A stretch of DNA of 64,000 nt from Octopus vulgaris (taxonomy: Eukaryota): contig OX597830.1 of the NCBI GenBank assembly GCA_951406725.2, positions 50,034,001-50,098,000 on the forward strand. The letters are read 5' to 3'. Below the pieces are notes generated by a model that saw only the letters and a list, made by a program, of their open reading frames with translations, searched no databases and was not told the DNA's origin. The translations under genes and the position numbers were made by a program. Shown piece after piece: positions 26,186 to 38,961 of the stretch. Position 1 is the stretch's first letter. Each line of letters begins with the position of its first letter.

Positions 26186-27276
26186 GAAACAAATGAAAGA
26201 TAAATGACCATCAACATTATTGGCACCACACAGTTTTACCAATTCTTGAAATGGTTTGGAAGGATCCTCTCCCACATGCTATCTAACTTTCATCACCTCC
26301 TTCATCAGGTCAACTTTCATGGTGTACACAGTGACTAGATAGAAGCAGCCATCTTTGCCTGATCTTCTCATCAACTTTCAACAGGTCTCAATGAAAGCAT
26401 TCATTTATTATATGTTGCTGCCGTTTCTTCACATTTAGGGCCATTTGTAGCATCCTTGTATAGCAGCCCTCAAGCCTGTTTAATATATTTCTTTATTGCC
26501 CACAAGGGGCTAAATATAGAGGGGACAAACATGACAGACAAAGTGATTAAGTCGATTATATCAACTCCAGTGCGTAACTGGTACTTTATTCATCGACCCC
26601 GAAAGGATGAAAGGCAAAGTCGACCTCGGCGGAATTTGAACTCACAACGTAACGACAGACGAAATACGGCTACGCATTTCGCCCGGCCTGCTAACATTTC
26701 TGCCAGCTCGCCAATTACTTTGCCAGTGTCTATATTTCCCTCCCGTATAATAACACTGATTCGACAGCTGTGTGTTTAAATTTGCCCTTCGGCAATGAAC
26801 ACCAGGCACAAGTGGCGGTGATGATGTCATTTCTCAACAAATTGCCTTTGGTTTTCTTACTCTGAAGATGTGGGGAACAAGAAATCCCTTCCTTGGAAAA
26901 ACAGGTAAAGAGCTAATGATGGGCAGGGCATCTGTTTGTAAAACTATGCCTCCATAATATAAGCAGTCTCCATGATACAGGCATTGAGAAAGTGGGAACA
27001 GTAAACGACATGCATGTTCTCAACATACAGATCAGTGAGACCTCTACATAATGTACATGAGACATTAACTAAATGACATACATAAACATGTAAACATTCC
27101 ATTTACAGAAATATAACCTTTGAATACTGAATATAGGAGTGCGTGCGGGAAGAGAATGAGGTAGAAAGAGAGAGAAAACCAAAATGATATGAAAACTGTG
27201 TGCATATATATGCGCATACACACACATATATACACACATACATACTTACATACATACACACAAATAATATATACAT

Positions 27277-27328
<52 letters not shown>

Positions 27329-27486
27329 CCATATACACACACACATATATATGCATATACTCAAATTTATACATGTATACATATAAATATATATATATAT
27401 ACATATATACACAGATATACATATATATATACATATATACACAGATATACATACATATATATACATATATACACAGATATACATAC

Positions 27487-27537
<51 letters not shown>

Positions 27538-27773
27538 TATACATACATATATATATATACATACATACACAGATATACATACATATATATATATACATAC
27601 ATACACAGATATACATACATATATATATATACATACATACACAGATATACATACATATATATACATATATATACATATATATACATATATACACACACAC
27701 ATATATGTACGTATTATGTATACATATATACACAGATATACATACATATATATATATACATACATACACAGAT

Positions 27774-27853
<80 letters not shown>

Positions 27854-27877
27854 CATTATATATAATACGTACATAAA

Positions 27878-27919
<42 letters not shown>

Positions 27920-28249
27920 TATATAAACACACACACACACATTTATGTACGTATTATGTATAATGGAATATCATGAAGATTTTCCTATCTAGCTAAGATA
28001 TGTTGAGAGCTTAAAAACCGAAAGTGCAACAGAATTCCAGATATCAGCACATTTATAAGATTTCTCCGGAATTTCGATTTAATATCCTCGCTTTAATATC
28101 TTGCATTGCTCATATTGACTTTAACAAAGAACAAAAAACCAGTCAGTTGCATTCACACATGCTCACACTTCCCCCTGAAACACACATACATGAAGATGTA
28201 TGTGTGCGTCTAATAATGTGTATAGACAGATATATACATACATACGTAC

Positions 28250-28284
<35 letters not shown>

Positions 28285-28424
28285 AAGGTAGCAACACATA
28301 AACACACACAACAAAATCATTTACTTTTCTTATTTTCTAATTGAAGAGATGCACAGATTTTAGTTCACATTTAACTAATTTATCTTTTATCTATACGCAC
28401 ATATTAACTAACTTATATACATAC

Positions 28425-28498
<74 letters not shown>

Positions 28499-28881
28499 GT
28501 ATGTATACACACACTCACACGCACAGACATACGCATGCACGTACAATCAACACATGCACAAACACGTTTACCCATTACATGCATATGCACGCACGTACAT
28601 ACAGCTATAGTCACAAGCATGGCTATGCGATTAACACATATCCTTCTCAACCATGTCCTTGTGAGTACATTTGTAGACAGTAACATGAAAGGAGCCCATT
28701 GTGTGAGTGCGTGTATATACATAGATACGTATATGCTTATATATATATAGGACTAGGGTTCTGGATAGTGGGGAAAGATAATTGGTGTCAAGGAAAAGCT
28801 GCAGTTAGAGAGAGAGAGAGAGGAGTCATGAGCAAGGAATTGAGCAAAGGGCCTAGATGTGCTTATATTTATATATATGTA

Positions 28882-29426
28882 CTAGCAGTATCGCCCGGCG
28901 TTGCTTGGGTTTGTAAGGGAAATAATTATATAAGCATTTTTAGAGAGTTATAGCCAAAAAATAGCAAAAAAATGCATTAAAAATGGAAAAGAAATTATGG
29001 TAAATTTTTTTTTAAATCGTTGACTCATCGTAGACATTTTCTGTTTTGGTGTCTTCAAGCCATGAAGTCGTTCTAAAAGAATGCTGGTCTCCTTGACAAC
29101 GCTTTATGACGTTGATTTCCTTACACTGCCTTCCCCACAGCTTCACGAGGGAGGGAAGAAGGGGGAGAAGCAACACAGGTGCAGCTGTGAGCATGGACGC
29201 CAACTCCGCCGCCATCGACACACGAAAAATTATGCATTAAAATGGAATAAAAAATGATGTTAAATTATTTTTAAAATCGTAGACTCATCGTAGACACGCG
29301 CTAATACTCAGACGGGCTCGATATGAATCACGACTATAAGATACCCGAATTTGGTTAAACTGCACCGCAAAATGTGGGAGTAGTTAGGAATCTAAATCGA
29401 AGGGGACAGACACTCACACAACTACA

Positions 29427-29478
<52 letters not shown>
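28882..29478 (-). mobile_element. Non-autonomous Helitron
   Basis: On the minus strand it starts A|TC-(TA)n at 29478 and ends with the GC hairpin cccaagcaacgccggg about 8 nt before CTAG|T at 28882. It is inserted between A and T with no TSD. Internal direct repeat of about 65 bp (28972-29036 and 29232-29296). Confidence 0.85.
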
Positions 29479-29529
29479 TGAATAGATAAATAAATGGAGT
29501 TGAACGAAGATGTTAATAAAATTCGTTTA

Positions 29530-29612
29530 CTTTCGAACATATGTTTCGAAGACAACATGGTATTATTCCAAAGGAATAAACGGTGTAAGATGCAATCTTC
29601 TCATCAGGAAAG
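29530..29612 (-). ncRNA. Type I hammerhead ribozyme motif (Penelope-type)
   Basis: ctttc-CUGAUGA-gaaga(41-nt loop)tcttc-GAAA-catatgt-UC-gaaag. Stems I and II pair and the stem III region is palindromic. One extra U near the cleavage triplet. Confidence 0.65.
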
Positions 29613-30089
29613 AAAGAGAGCCTCTCTCAACAACAAGACATTATAACAATTACGATGGCTGCCTACATGATAAACAGAACGTTATTAAGTATTTAAAAAA
29701 AACTGTTAGTAGATTTGATGTCAAAGGCAGATAGTAGGAGGAGAAGAAGGGTTAAAAGGGTAGTAATTAGGGAATAAAAAGAGAGGGAGGGATACGTTGA
29801 TTAAAAGAATGTTCAAAGGCTTAGGAAAAGATTCCTCTATTGAAGTGAAGTGCAAGTTAAACTAATTGTTCAAACTATAATGACTGGCAAAATCACTAAT
29901 ATGAGTAAAATGTATGATTCTTTGTTCCTCCACCTATAGTTCCAATACACCTTTGATGTATCCATAACTTAAACAACCAAATGCTAGACAGATATTACCG
30001 ACTCACCACTTCCTTAAATTTTCAGACCAAGTGACTAAATTTGAAATCATTATCATTACTATAAAAAGGTAATATAAAAGGAGAAAGGG

Positions 30090-30345
30090 GCTCTCTACCC
30101 ACCTTTTTGACCAGGCTCACGTGGTTTTTATGGGTTTTTCCCACGAGTAACCTTTCGAAGCGCCTCCCCCTATTGGGAATTTTTACTTGTTATATTTTCG
30201 TTGTTATCTTGCATTTTTTTACACGGACTTTTCAAACGGACAAAACCCTTTTTGTAACTTTCGTCCTGTATTTTGTCCTTACATGTTTTATTTGATTTTT
30301 GTTAGCCCTTGTGGCCAATAAACAAATTAATTATTATTATTATTA
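30090..30345 (+). mobile_element. L1/Tx1-like LINE 3'UTR remnant
   Basis: T-rich UTR ending gttagcccttgtggccaataaacaaatt plus (ATT)n. The tail resembles the family B SINE tail. Confidence 0.45.
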
Positions 30346-30705
30346 TTGCTGTAGTAGTAGTAATAGTAGTAATACAAATAGTAAAATACAGCACTAATTT
30401 CTTTTGTAGCATATAGGCTGGAAAGGATGTTACTCACACACACAAACGGGAAAAACTGCTATATACACCATGTGTGTGTGTGTGTGAGTGTGTGTGTGAG
30501 TGTGTGTGCACATGTATAAAATAATGGAGATAGATTGTTACATATATATCTGGAGATTGCATAGGAAAAAAAAGTATAACAAATCATGAAAAACAATAGA
30601 ACATATAAAATGAAAATGAATTCCGGTCAAAAAAAAAAATGGTCAAAAGAATAAAAAAAATCACTTTCTCTGCAAATGAATTTGTAAGAAAATTGATTGA
30701 ATTAC

Positions 30706-30810
30706 CTTCCAGAACTGGGTTAGACAAGAGTAACTGTTCCTTGACATGGTCAATGTCAACCCCTTTACCTGACACCTGGGCTACATATTGCATTATTACT
30801 TTGCTGGCCT
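30706..30810 (-). CDS. MYO1B: Myosin I motor exon, 105 nt: EASKVIMQYVAQVSGKGVDIDHVKEQLLLSNPVLE
   Basis: Acceptor tatttttcag, donor G|gtaatt. In frame with the previous exon (G+AG = Glu). Contains the SNPVLE motif. Confidence 0.96.
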
Positions 30811-30829
30811 CTGAAAAATAATAATAATG

Positions 30830-30881
<52 letters not shown>

Positions 30882-30919
30882 TAACAATAATAAAAATAAC
30901 AATAATAAAAAATAACAAT

Positions 30920-31335
30920 AGGAGTGGCTGTGTGGTAAGTAGCTTGCTTACCAACCACATGGTTCCAGGTTCAGTCCCACTGCGTGGCATCTTGGGCAAG
31001 TGTCTTCTGCTATCGCCCCGGGCCGACCAATGCCTTGTGAGTGGATTTGGTTGACGGAAACTGAAAGAAGCCTGTCGTATATATGTATATATATATATAT
31101 GTATGTGTGTGTATATGTTTGTGTGTCTGTGTTTGTCCCCCTAGCATTGCTTGACAACCAATGCTAGTGTGTTTATGTCCCCGTCACTTAGCGGTTCAGC
31201 AAAAGAGACCGATAGAATAAGTACTGGGCTTACAAAGAATAAGTCCCGGGGTCGATTTGTTCGACTATAGGCGGTGCGCTAGCATGGCCGCAGTCAAATG
31301 ACTGAAACAAGTAAAAGAGTAAAAGAGTAAAGAGT
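30920..31335 (+). mobile_element. tRNA-derived SINE, family A, full length (others 41553-42000, 53711-54114, 59729-60139 on +; 35953-36390 on -; many partial copies)
   Basis: ggagtggctgtgtggtaag...ggttcagtccc head, CORE-like cttgggcaagtgtctt, internal (TA)/(TG) tract, and tail gactgaaacaagt(aaaagagt)n. Confidence 0.9.
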
Positions 31336-31352
31336 AATAATAATAATAATAA

Positions 31353-31379
<27 letters not shown>

Positions 31380-31384
<5 letters not shown>

Positions 31385-31870
31385 GTTATCATATACATTG
31401 TTTTGTGTTGGTATGAAAGATGGGCTACAGCAAATATTCTGCTCAATACCACAGATTTGTTTGACCTTAACCAGATGAGCATGTCCCTTAGTGGCTGACG
31501 ATATGTGCATCCCTGATCGTGAGCAGGAGTAGTGGGGGAGCATCATAGCCATGTGTTGAGAGGGATTCTTCGAAGTTTGGATAATTCACCTTTGGAAACA
31601 TGGGTGTTTCGTTCAACATCCTTAAACAACCCTTAATTAGGGACCTTTTGAGCGGGATGGGTTACTCGACAAAAAGAAAATACTAACTGGGCCCCCACCT
31701 GCAAGGTCATGCGCTGTTTATCTTGATATTAGATCACCATGTCGCGCACATATGGTTGTGATGCATGTGCCTGGTGTACCGTTATCAGACAGGTAGTCAT
31801 GATGGGTATACTGGGCTTCGTATATTTGTACCCCAGTGTCACTTTGCTGGCATGCACTGCTCTCTCACTC
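31380..31870. repeat. Second copy of the (AAT)n-associated element (one end truncated)
   Basis: Colinear with 7275-7774 and has the same junction to (AAT)n. Confidence 0.85.
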
Positions 31871-31910
<40 letters not shown>

Positions 31911-32335
31911 GCAATCATAATGACAACAGCAACAAAAATAATAATAATAAAAATCCTTTCTACTAGAAGCCTGAAATTTGAAAGAGGGCACGAGTCAATT
32001 GCATAGACCACAGTGTTCAAATGGATGAAACCAAAGTCGATCTTCTCAGTGGCATTTGAACTCAGAATGAAAAGACAGACAAGATAGATGCTGTTGGGCA
32101 TTTTGCCTAGCACAGTAATGATTCTGCCAGCTCACTGCCTTGAACTTGATGATAATGACGATGATGATGATGATGATGACAACAAATTTACTGAGTAAAT
32201 CTAAGGGTGCATAATTTTTGATTTACCTCTTTTATACACGCACACACACACACACTTACACACACATAAACATACACACACACACACTCACACACACAAA
32301 CATACACACACACACATACTCACACACATAAACAT

Positions 32336-32402
<67 letters not shown>

Positions 32403-33618
32403 CATGCATGTATAAAATATATATGGAAATATATGTGTATGTGTATATAAATGTTTACATCTGTATATGTGTGTGTGTGTGTGTGTGTGAGAATATATGT
32501 GTATATATATGTGTGTGTGTGTATATATATATAGTATATGAATATATATAAATGCATATATGTACATATATATACATATATATATATATATATGGGTGTG
32601 TGTCTTTGTGTTTGTGTCTACCCTCACCTACCACTTGACAACTAATACTTGTTTGTTTACGGCCATGAATCCTTGGAACTTAGCAGTTTGGTAGAAGAGA
32701 CTAATAAAATAAATACCAGAGTTTAAAAAAATGTCCTAGGGTTAATTTGTTAGACTAAAAGCCCTTCAAAATGGTACCCCAGCATGGCCGCAGTTCAATG
32801 ACTGAAACAAGTAAAAGACATATAGCCTGAATCCACCTACCATATACTCATATGACTGCATAAACTATCATACCCTTTATCTACCCACCCTGTACCTGTT
32901 TAATTTACCTGTCTACCACCTCCCCATGTGACTGTATAACCTATCCCACCCTTAATTCACCCAGCGTCTTACCATTATTCCTAATCTCATCCATAGTGTC
33001 AAATATCTTTGAATATTTTATCATTTCTCCAAGACATTTTGCTTCCTTTTCTTCTCACAAAATGGTAAACTGTTTTGGAACAATGCAGTGTGTGTGTGTG
33101 TGTGTATGTGTTTATGCACGTATGTATGTGTCTATATTGTTTATGTGTGTGTAGCCGTTTATTGTGTAAGTAGCCATATAGATATGTGTGTGCATAGGTG
33201 TGTATGTGATTCAATATATTTGCATACACATTGAATATTGATATTGATACACATAAGTATGAGTGTATATAAAAGTATGAATCAGTGTGTATATTTAATA
33301 TATGTAAATGTGAATAGATGAGTATATGAATGTGTATATATAATAAGTGTGATTAAATATATTTAGAGACACATTAAATATTTATGTATGTATATAAGAA
33401 ATAAGTTTATATGTCTGTATACATAAGTAAATATGTACATATGTACTTGCGTGTGTATTCGTGTGTGCTTATGTGCTTAACTACCGATATGTCATTCATT
33501 AGTACAATTATCAAATATTCAGATAATGAAGATTTCAGGAAACAAACACATAAAATAAAACTAACAAAACTATAAAATATAATATCTATACACATACATA
33601 CATTCATATAAACATATG

Positions 33619-33686
<68 letters not shown>

Positions 33687-34169
33687 TGTATGTATGTATG
33701 TATATATATATATATATGCACATACAAATCTAAATGACTCACCACCACCACCATCATCATCATCATCATTAGTACATCATCTCTACTAATCACCTTCACC
33801 ACCGTTACCCTAACCACTATCTCTACACCAGCCACGCCAACTCCCCGCCCCGACCCTCAGGCCATTTCTATAAATACACATAAATCTCCATTCGAACAAT
33901 GATCTATCTCCTGGCCAACACAGCAAGCTTCTATCACCTTAATTACTGAAACTATTTACCAAGACATTACATCAGTCTCCAATATTCTGAGATAACCATT
34001 CAAAGACTAACGAAGGTAGCTCCAGCCTGGGCATATTTCACGTCTGGAGGGTGGTTGGGTGGGGTTTAAGTAGTGGGGAAAGTGTTAGCTTCACTGATGT
34101 GTTGTCATCTACAGAGCAGTGTTGTATAGAGTATATGATGAAGGGCATCCTGTTATTTAGCTATTACCA

Positions 34170-34870
34170 TCATCATCATTGTCCTCATCATTCTCCATTG
34201 TCCATTTTCCATGCTGGCAAGTGAGAGAGCTGCAACTAGGTTCCATTCTGATTCGATATGGTTTCTATGGTTGGATGCCCTTTCTAATGCCAGTCCCCTT
34301 ACAGTGTGTACCAGGTGCTTTTAATGTGGGCCCCAGGATGAGCACTTTTACACAGCACCAGTACGGGTGTTTTTTATGTGGCACTGGCAAAAGTGCTTCT
34401 AATATGGTACTAGTACAGGACTCTTGCAGGCTAATCCTCCTTGCCAGGGGACATGGTCGCGACACTTCTACTATGAAGTTAGGGGTCTTCTTGAGTAAAG
34501 CAAGGGGACAATTATCTCAGTCCTTCGTCAATACGTCCAAAAGGTTTAGCGTTCTGGGGTCATCCATCAGGACTTTGTCCCACGTCTTCTTACGTCTCTC
34601 TTTTCCATGAATTCTATCCACTTTGAGTAAACAGCACTTTATGGAGCTGTCAGCATCCACCTGCATCACATGACCAATCCATTGCAGGCTTCTCTCATGC
34701 ACATTGCATCTAATTTCTCTTATGGCATCTTTTCTCTGAATACACTAACACTCTGTGGCACAATTGCGCTTACATTACCCATCCAGCAGAACATACCAGC
34801 CTCATTCCTCTCTAGTCTTCGCATGTCCTCTGCATTCTGCACCCATGTATGTCTCAATACCATTTAGAAT
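34170..34870 (-). mobile_element. RTE-clade LINE 3' remnant
   Basis: HERSLQWIGHVMQVDADSSIK...GKERRKKTWDKVLMDD followed by the RTE-type 3'UTR ending in (GAT)n. Confidence 0.8.
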
Positions 34871-35151
34871 TGCTGTTGGTATTTATATCATATTATATTA
34901 TATTATATTTTATATATATATATGTGTGTGTGTGAGTGTGTATAGATGTATGTATGTATATGTATATATGTATGTATGTATATGTATATGTATATATGTA
35001 CGTATGTATGTATGTATGTTTAAAGAGATTTGTTATGTAAGGCTGGAACAAGGGAAGAAAAAAGTTTGCTCAGATTTGAGCAACAACTTTTCCAAATGTC
35101 CTGAAGAAGGGGTTATAACCCTGAAATATAGAAACAAAAGATAAAACCACA

Positions 35152-35212
<61 letters not shown>

Positions 35213-36187
35213 CTATAGATATATATATATATATTTATGTGTGTGTGTGTATACGCACACACACACATACATATATATGTATATAATAGCTAAAAACCTC
35301 TTTGTGGTTGTGTTTGTGGACTTTTCCAAGGCATTTGGCACAGTGATCTGAGAAAGTATTTCGTATTTTGGAAGTGCTAGAGACTTACCAAAATCTAATC
35401 CACAACCATTCTGAACTCTAACAAAACTTGAAAAAAAAACAATTCATTCAGATGAGTTTTTAATTAACTTTCCCTCACAGCATTATCGCAGTCTGTGGGG
35501 ACTGTTTTTATTCTTTTAACTCTTATCAAGGAAGAAAGCTGGCAGAATTGTGAGTATGCCAGGTGAAATGTTTAGCTGTATTTTGTCTGTCTTTACGTTC
35601 TGAGTTCAAATTCTGCCAAGGTCGACTTTGCATTTCATCCTTTCAGGGTTGATGAATTAAGCACCAGTTGCATACTGGGGTCTACCCCAAAATTTCGGGC
35701 CTTGAGCCTGGAGTAGAAAAGAATATCTGTTTGCATGCAAAGGCAGAAACGTTAGTATGCTGGGCGAAATGCTTAGCGCTACTTTGTCGGTATTTACGTT
35801 CTGAGTTCAAATTCTGCCAAGGTCAACATTGCCTTTCATCCTTTCAGGGTTGATAAATTAAGTACCAGTTGCATACTGGGGGTGATCTTATTGACCAGCC
35901 CCTTCCCCAAAAATTTCGGGCCTCGTGCCTAGAGTAGAAAAGATTCTTTTAACTCTTATCTTTTACTTAGTTTCATTCATTTTACTTTGACCATGCTGGA
36001 GCACTGGTTTAAAGGGTTTTAGTTGAGCAAATCGATCCCCAGAACTTTTGTTTTCTACAAACCTAGTATTTATTCTATCAGTCTCTTTTGTTGAACCACT
36101 AAGTTGCAGGGACATAAACACACCCACACCAGTTGTCAAGTGGTGGGGGATGGACAAACACAGACACTAAGGCACATACACATAGAT

Positions 36188-36233
<46 letters not shown>

Positions 36234-37827
36234 GGTTTCTTCCAATTTCCATCTACCAAATCCATTCACAAGGCTTTGGTTGGCCTGGGGTTGTAGTAGA
36301 AGACACATTTGTCCAAGGTGTCATGCAATAGGATTGAACCTGGAACCATATAGCTGGAAAGTAAGCTTCTTACCACACATCCACACCTATACCTATTTTC
36401 ATTAATCAAGTCAACACACACACACACACAGACATGTGCACGCATGCAAGCACCTTACCTCCGTCAAACCACCCACTCACTCACACGACTCACAGACATA
36501 CACATGAGTAGACAAAATTAAATGGATCTCAACACCCACACACACGAAACACTTACATAGACACATACATTAACACCCACGAACACACACACACACACAC
36601 ACACAGAGACAATTCTTCAAAAAATCTATTAAAAGTTATAATTTACAAAATTTAAAGTCATAATAACTATTATGATTTTAAAAAAGAAACAACACACATT
36701 TATAACGCATACACACACACATATACAAAGGCACACACACACACTCACACAGGTATATACACATATGCAATACATACACACATATATACACAAGCACATG
36801 CATATGCACACACACCCACTTGCCAAGGCACACACAAACACATACAGGCACAAGCACACACTCACATACATGCAGATATATTCACACACATGTAATCACA
36901 TATGCAGAGCCACACACACGTTTGCAAATGTATTTACACAGAAACATATATATACTCAGACATACACACATACACATATATACACACGTATCTACATACA
37001 CATGCATAGAGGCAGAGATTTTTTGATGGAATCTGTGAAATTAGAAATGAGAAAAACAATCGCATTAAAAAAACACAAATGAGTTTATGAGAAAAATGCT
37101 GAACTACTATGTCATCTAAAATAGCAACCACCACCACCACCACCACTACAACCATCACCAAGACTACAATTCCAACTGGAAGACCAACCACAATTACCCC
37201 TCGCTATTGTAGCACATAAACACACCAGTCTACCTCAAAGTAACACTATAACATTGACTACATGCAGCTACCACCAATACTACCACACCAGATACATCTC
37301 CTACCACTGCCACTGCCAGCATGCCCACCGCCGCCGCCACCACCACCACCACCAACACCACTACCGCCACCACTGTCATCACTACTATCACCCCCACCAC
37401 CACCACCACTACTACCACCACCATCACCACAATTGCAACATCAGTGATAAAAGAAATTGTAAAACAATGCTTTGGTTCTCTGTTGAATGGTAGAATAAAA
37501 TGTGTGGTGGTGGCAGTGGTGGCGGTAGTAGTGATGGTGGTTGTGGTGAAAAGTGGTTGTGGTGGTGGTGGTGGGTGTAGTGGCAGTGGAAGAAATGCTG
37601 CTGGTGATGTTATGCAAGTAGTAAGAGTGGTAGTGGTGGTGGTGGTGGTGGCAATGATGTGCATTGTGGTAGTGGTCTGAGCAGGGCTGGTGGTAGTATA
37701 TAGTGGTGGTAGAATTGTGAATGTAATGTAGTGGTGTTGGTGATGTCATGTAAATTTTAATAATGAAGAAAGCAACATTGAATATGATGGGAACAGCAAA
37801 GACAACAGCAATCACTTATGTAATCTC

Positions 37828-38438
37828 AGACCATCACCAGCTGTGTTGTCTAAATTTAACATAGACCATCAATAGCTGTATTGTCTATATTTAACATAGA
37901 CCATCACCAGGTGCATTGTCTACATTTAACAGACCATCACCAGCTGTATTCTCTATATTTAAAATAGACCATCAATAGCTGCATTGTCTATATTTAAAAT
38001 AGACCATCACCAGCTGTATTGTCTATATTTAAAATAGACCATCACCAGCTGTGTTGTCTATATTTAACATAGACCATCACCAGCTGTATTGTCTATATTT
38101 AAAATAGACCATCACCAGCTGTATTGTCTATATTTAACATAGACCATCACCAGTTGCATTGTCTATATTTAACATAGACCATCACCAGTTGCATTGTCTA
38201 TATTTAACATAGACCATCACCAGTTGCATTGTCTATATTTAACAGACCATCACCAGCTGTATTGTCTATATTTAAAATAGACCATCACTAGTTGCATTGT
38301 CTATATTTAAAGCAGATAATCACCAGTTGCACTGTCTATATTTAAAATAGACCATCACCAGCTGTATTTTCTATATTTAAAGCAGATAATGACCAGTGGT
38401 ACTGTCTATTTACCATAGACCATCACCAGCTGTATTGT
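37828..38438. repeat. 35-bp minisatellite, about 17 units
   Basis: The unit agaccatcaccagctgtattgtctatatttaa(c/a)at is repeated head to tail, with variants (cagttgcatt, aagcagataat). Confidence 0.95.
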
Positions 38439-38700
38439 ATATATATATATGTGTGTATGTGTGTGTTTAATAAGTGACCGCGTGTGTATTGCTGGCAATT
38501 TTCTTTCTCCGTCTTCACTTCTTTGGACTTTTTCTATATTTCTGATGAAGAGCTCTGCTCGAAATGTGAAATCCTCTTTCTTTTCTTTCCTTTCCTGAGC
38601 GTCCAATAACACTGTACTTATTCCATGTCCTCATGTTGCTGTTTTTTCTTGCTTGTTCATGTTTGGTTTGACTATGTATATATGTATATATATATATATA

Positions 38701-38885
38701 TATATATTAGAAGAAATGAGGTACTCAGAAAATCAGATGGTTTATATTTACAGATATTTATTTGTATATTACATTTTTTATAAAAAATGTAATATACAAA
38801 TAAATATCTGTAAATATAAACCATCCGATTTTCTGAGTACCTCATTTCTTCTAATATATAATACCTGTACATCATCTCCAAACCT

Positions 38886-38890
<5 letters not shown>
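38701..38890. repeat. Spacerless 160-bp palindrome plus a 30-nt tail, embedded in (TA)n
   Basis: 38701-38780 is the reverse complement of 38781-38860, with one mismatch. Confidence 0.95.

Positions 38891-38961
<71 letters not shown>

Noticed and set aside
30920-30990. tRNA genes at SINE heads
   Set aside because: A/B-box-like motifs are present, but the cloverleaves are incomplete and each runs into a multi-copy SINE body.
37828-38438. 35-bp repeat array as a CRISPR
   Set aside because: The units are contiguous with no unique spacers, there are no cas genes, and the context is a eukaryotic intron.
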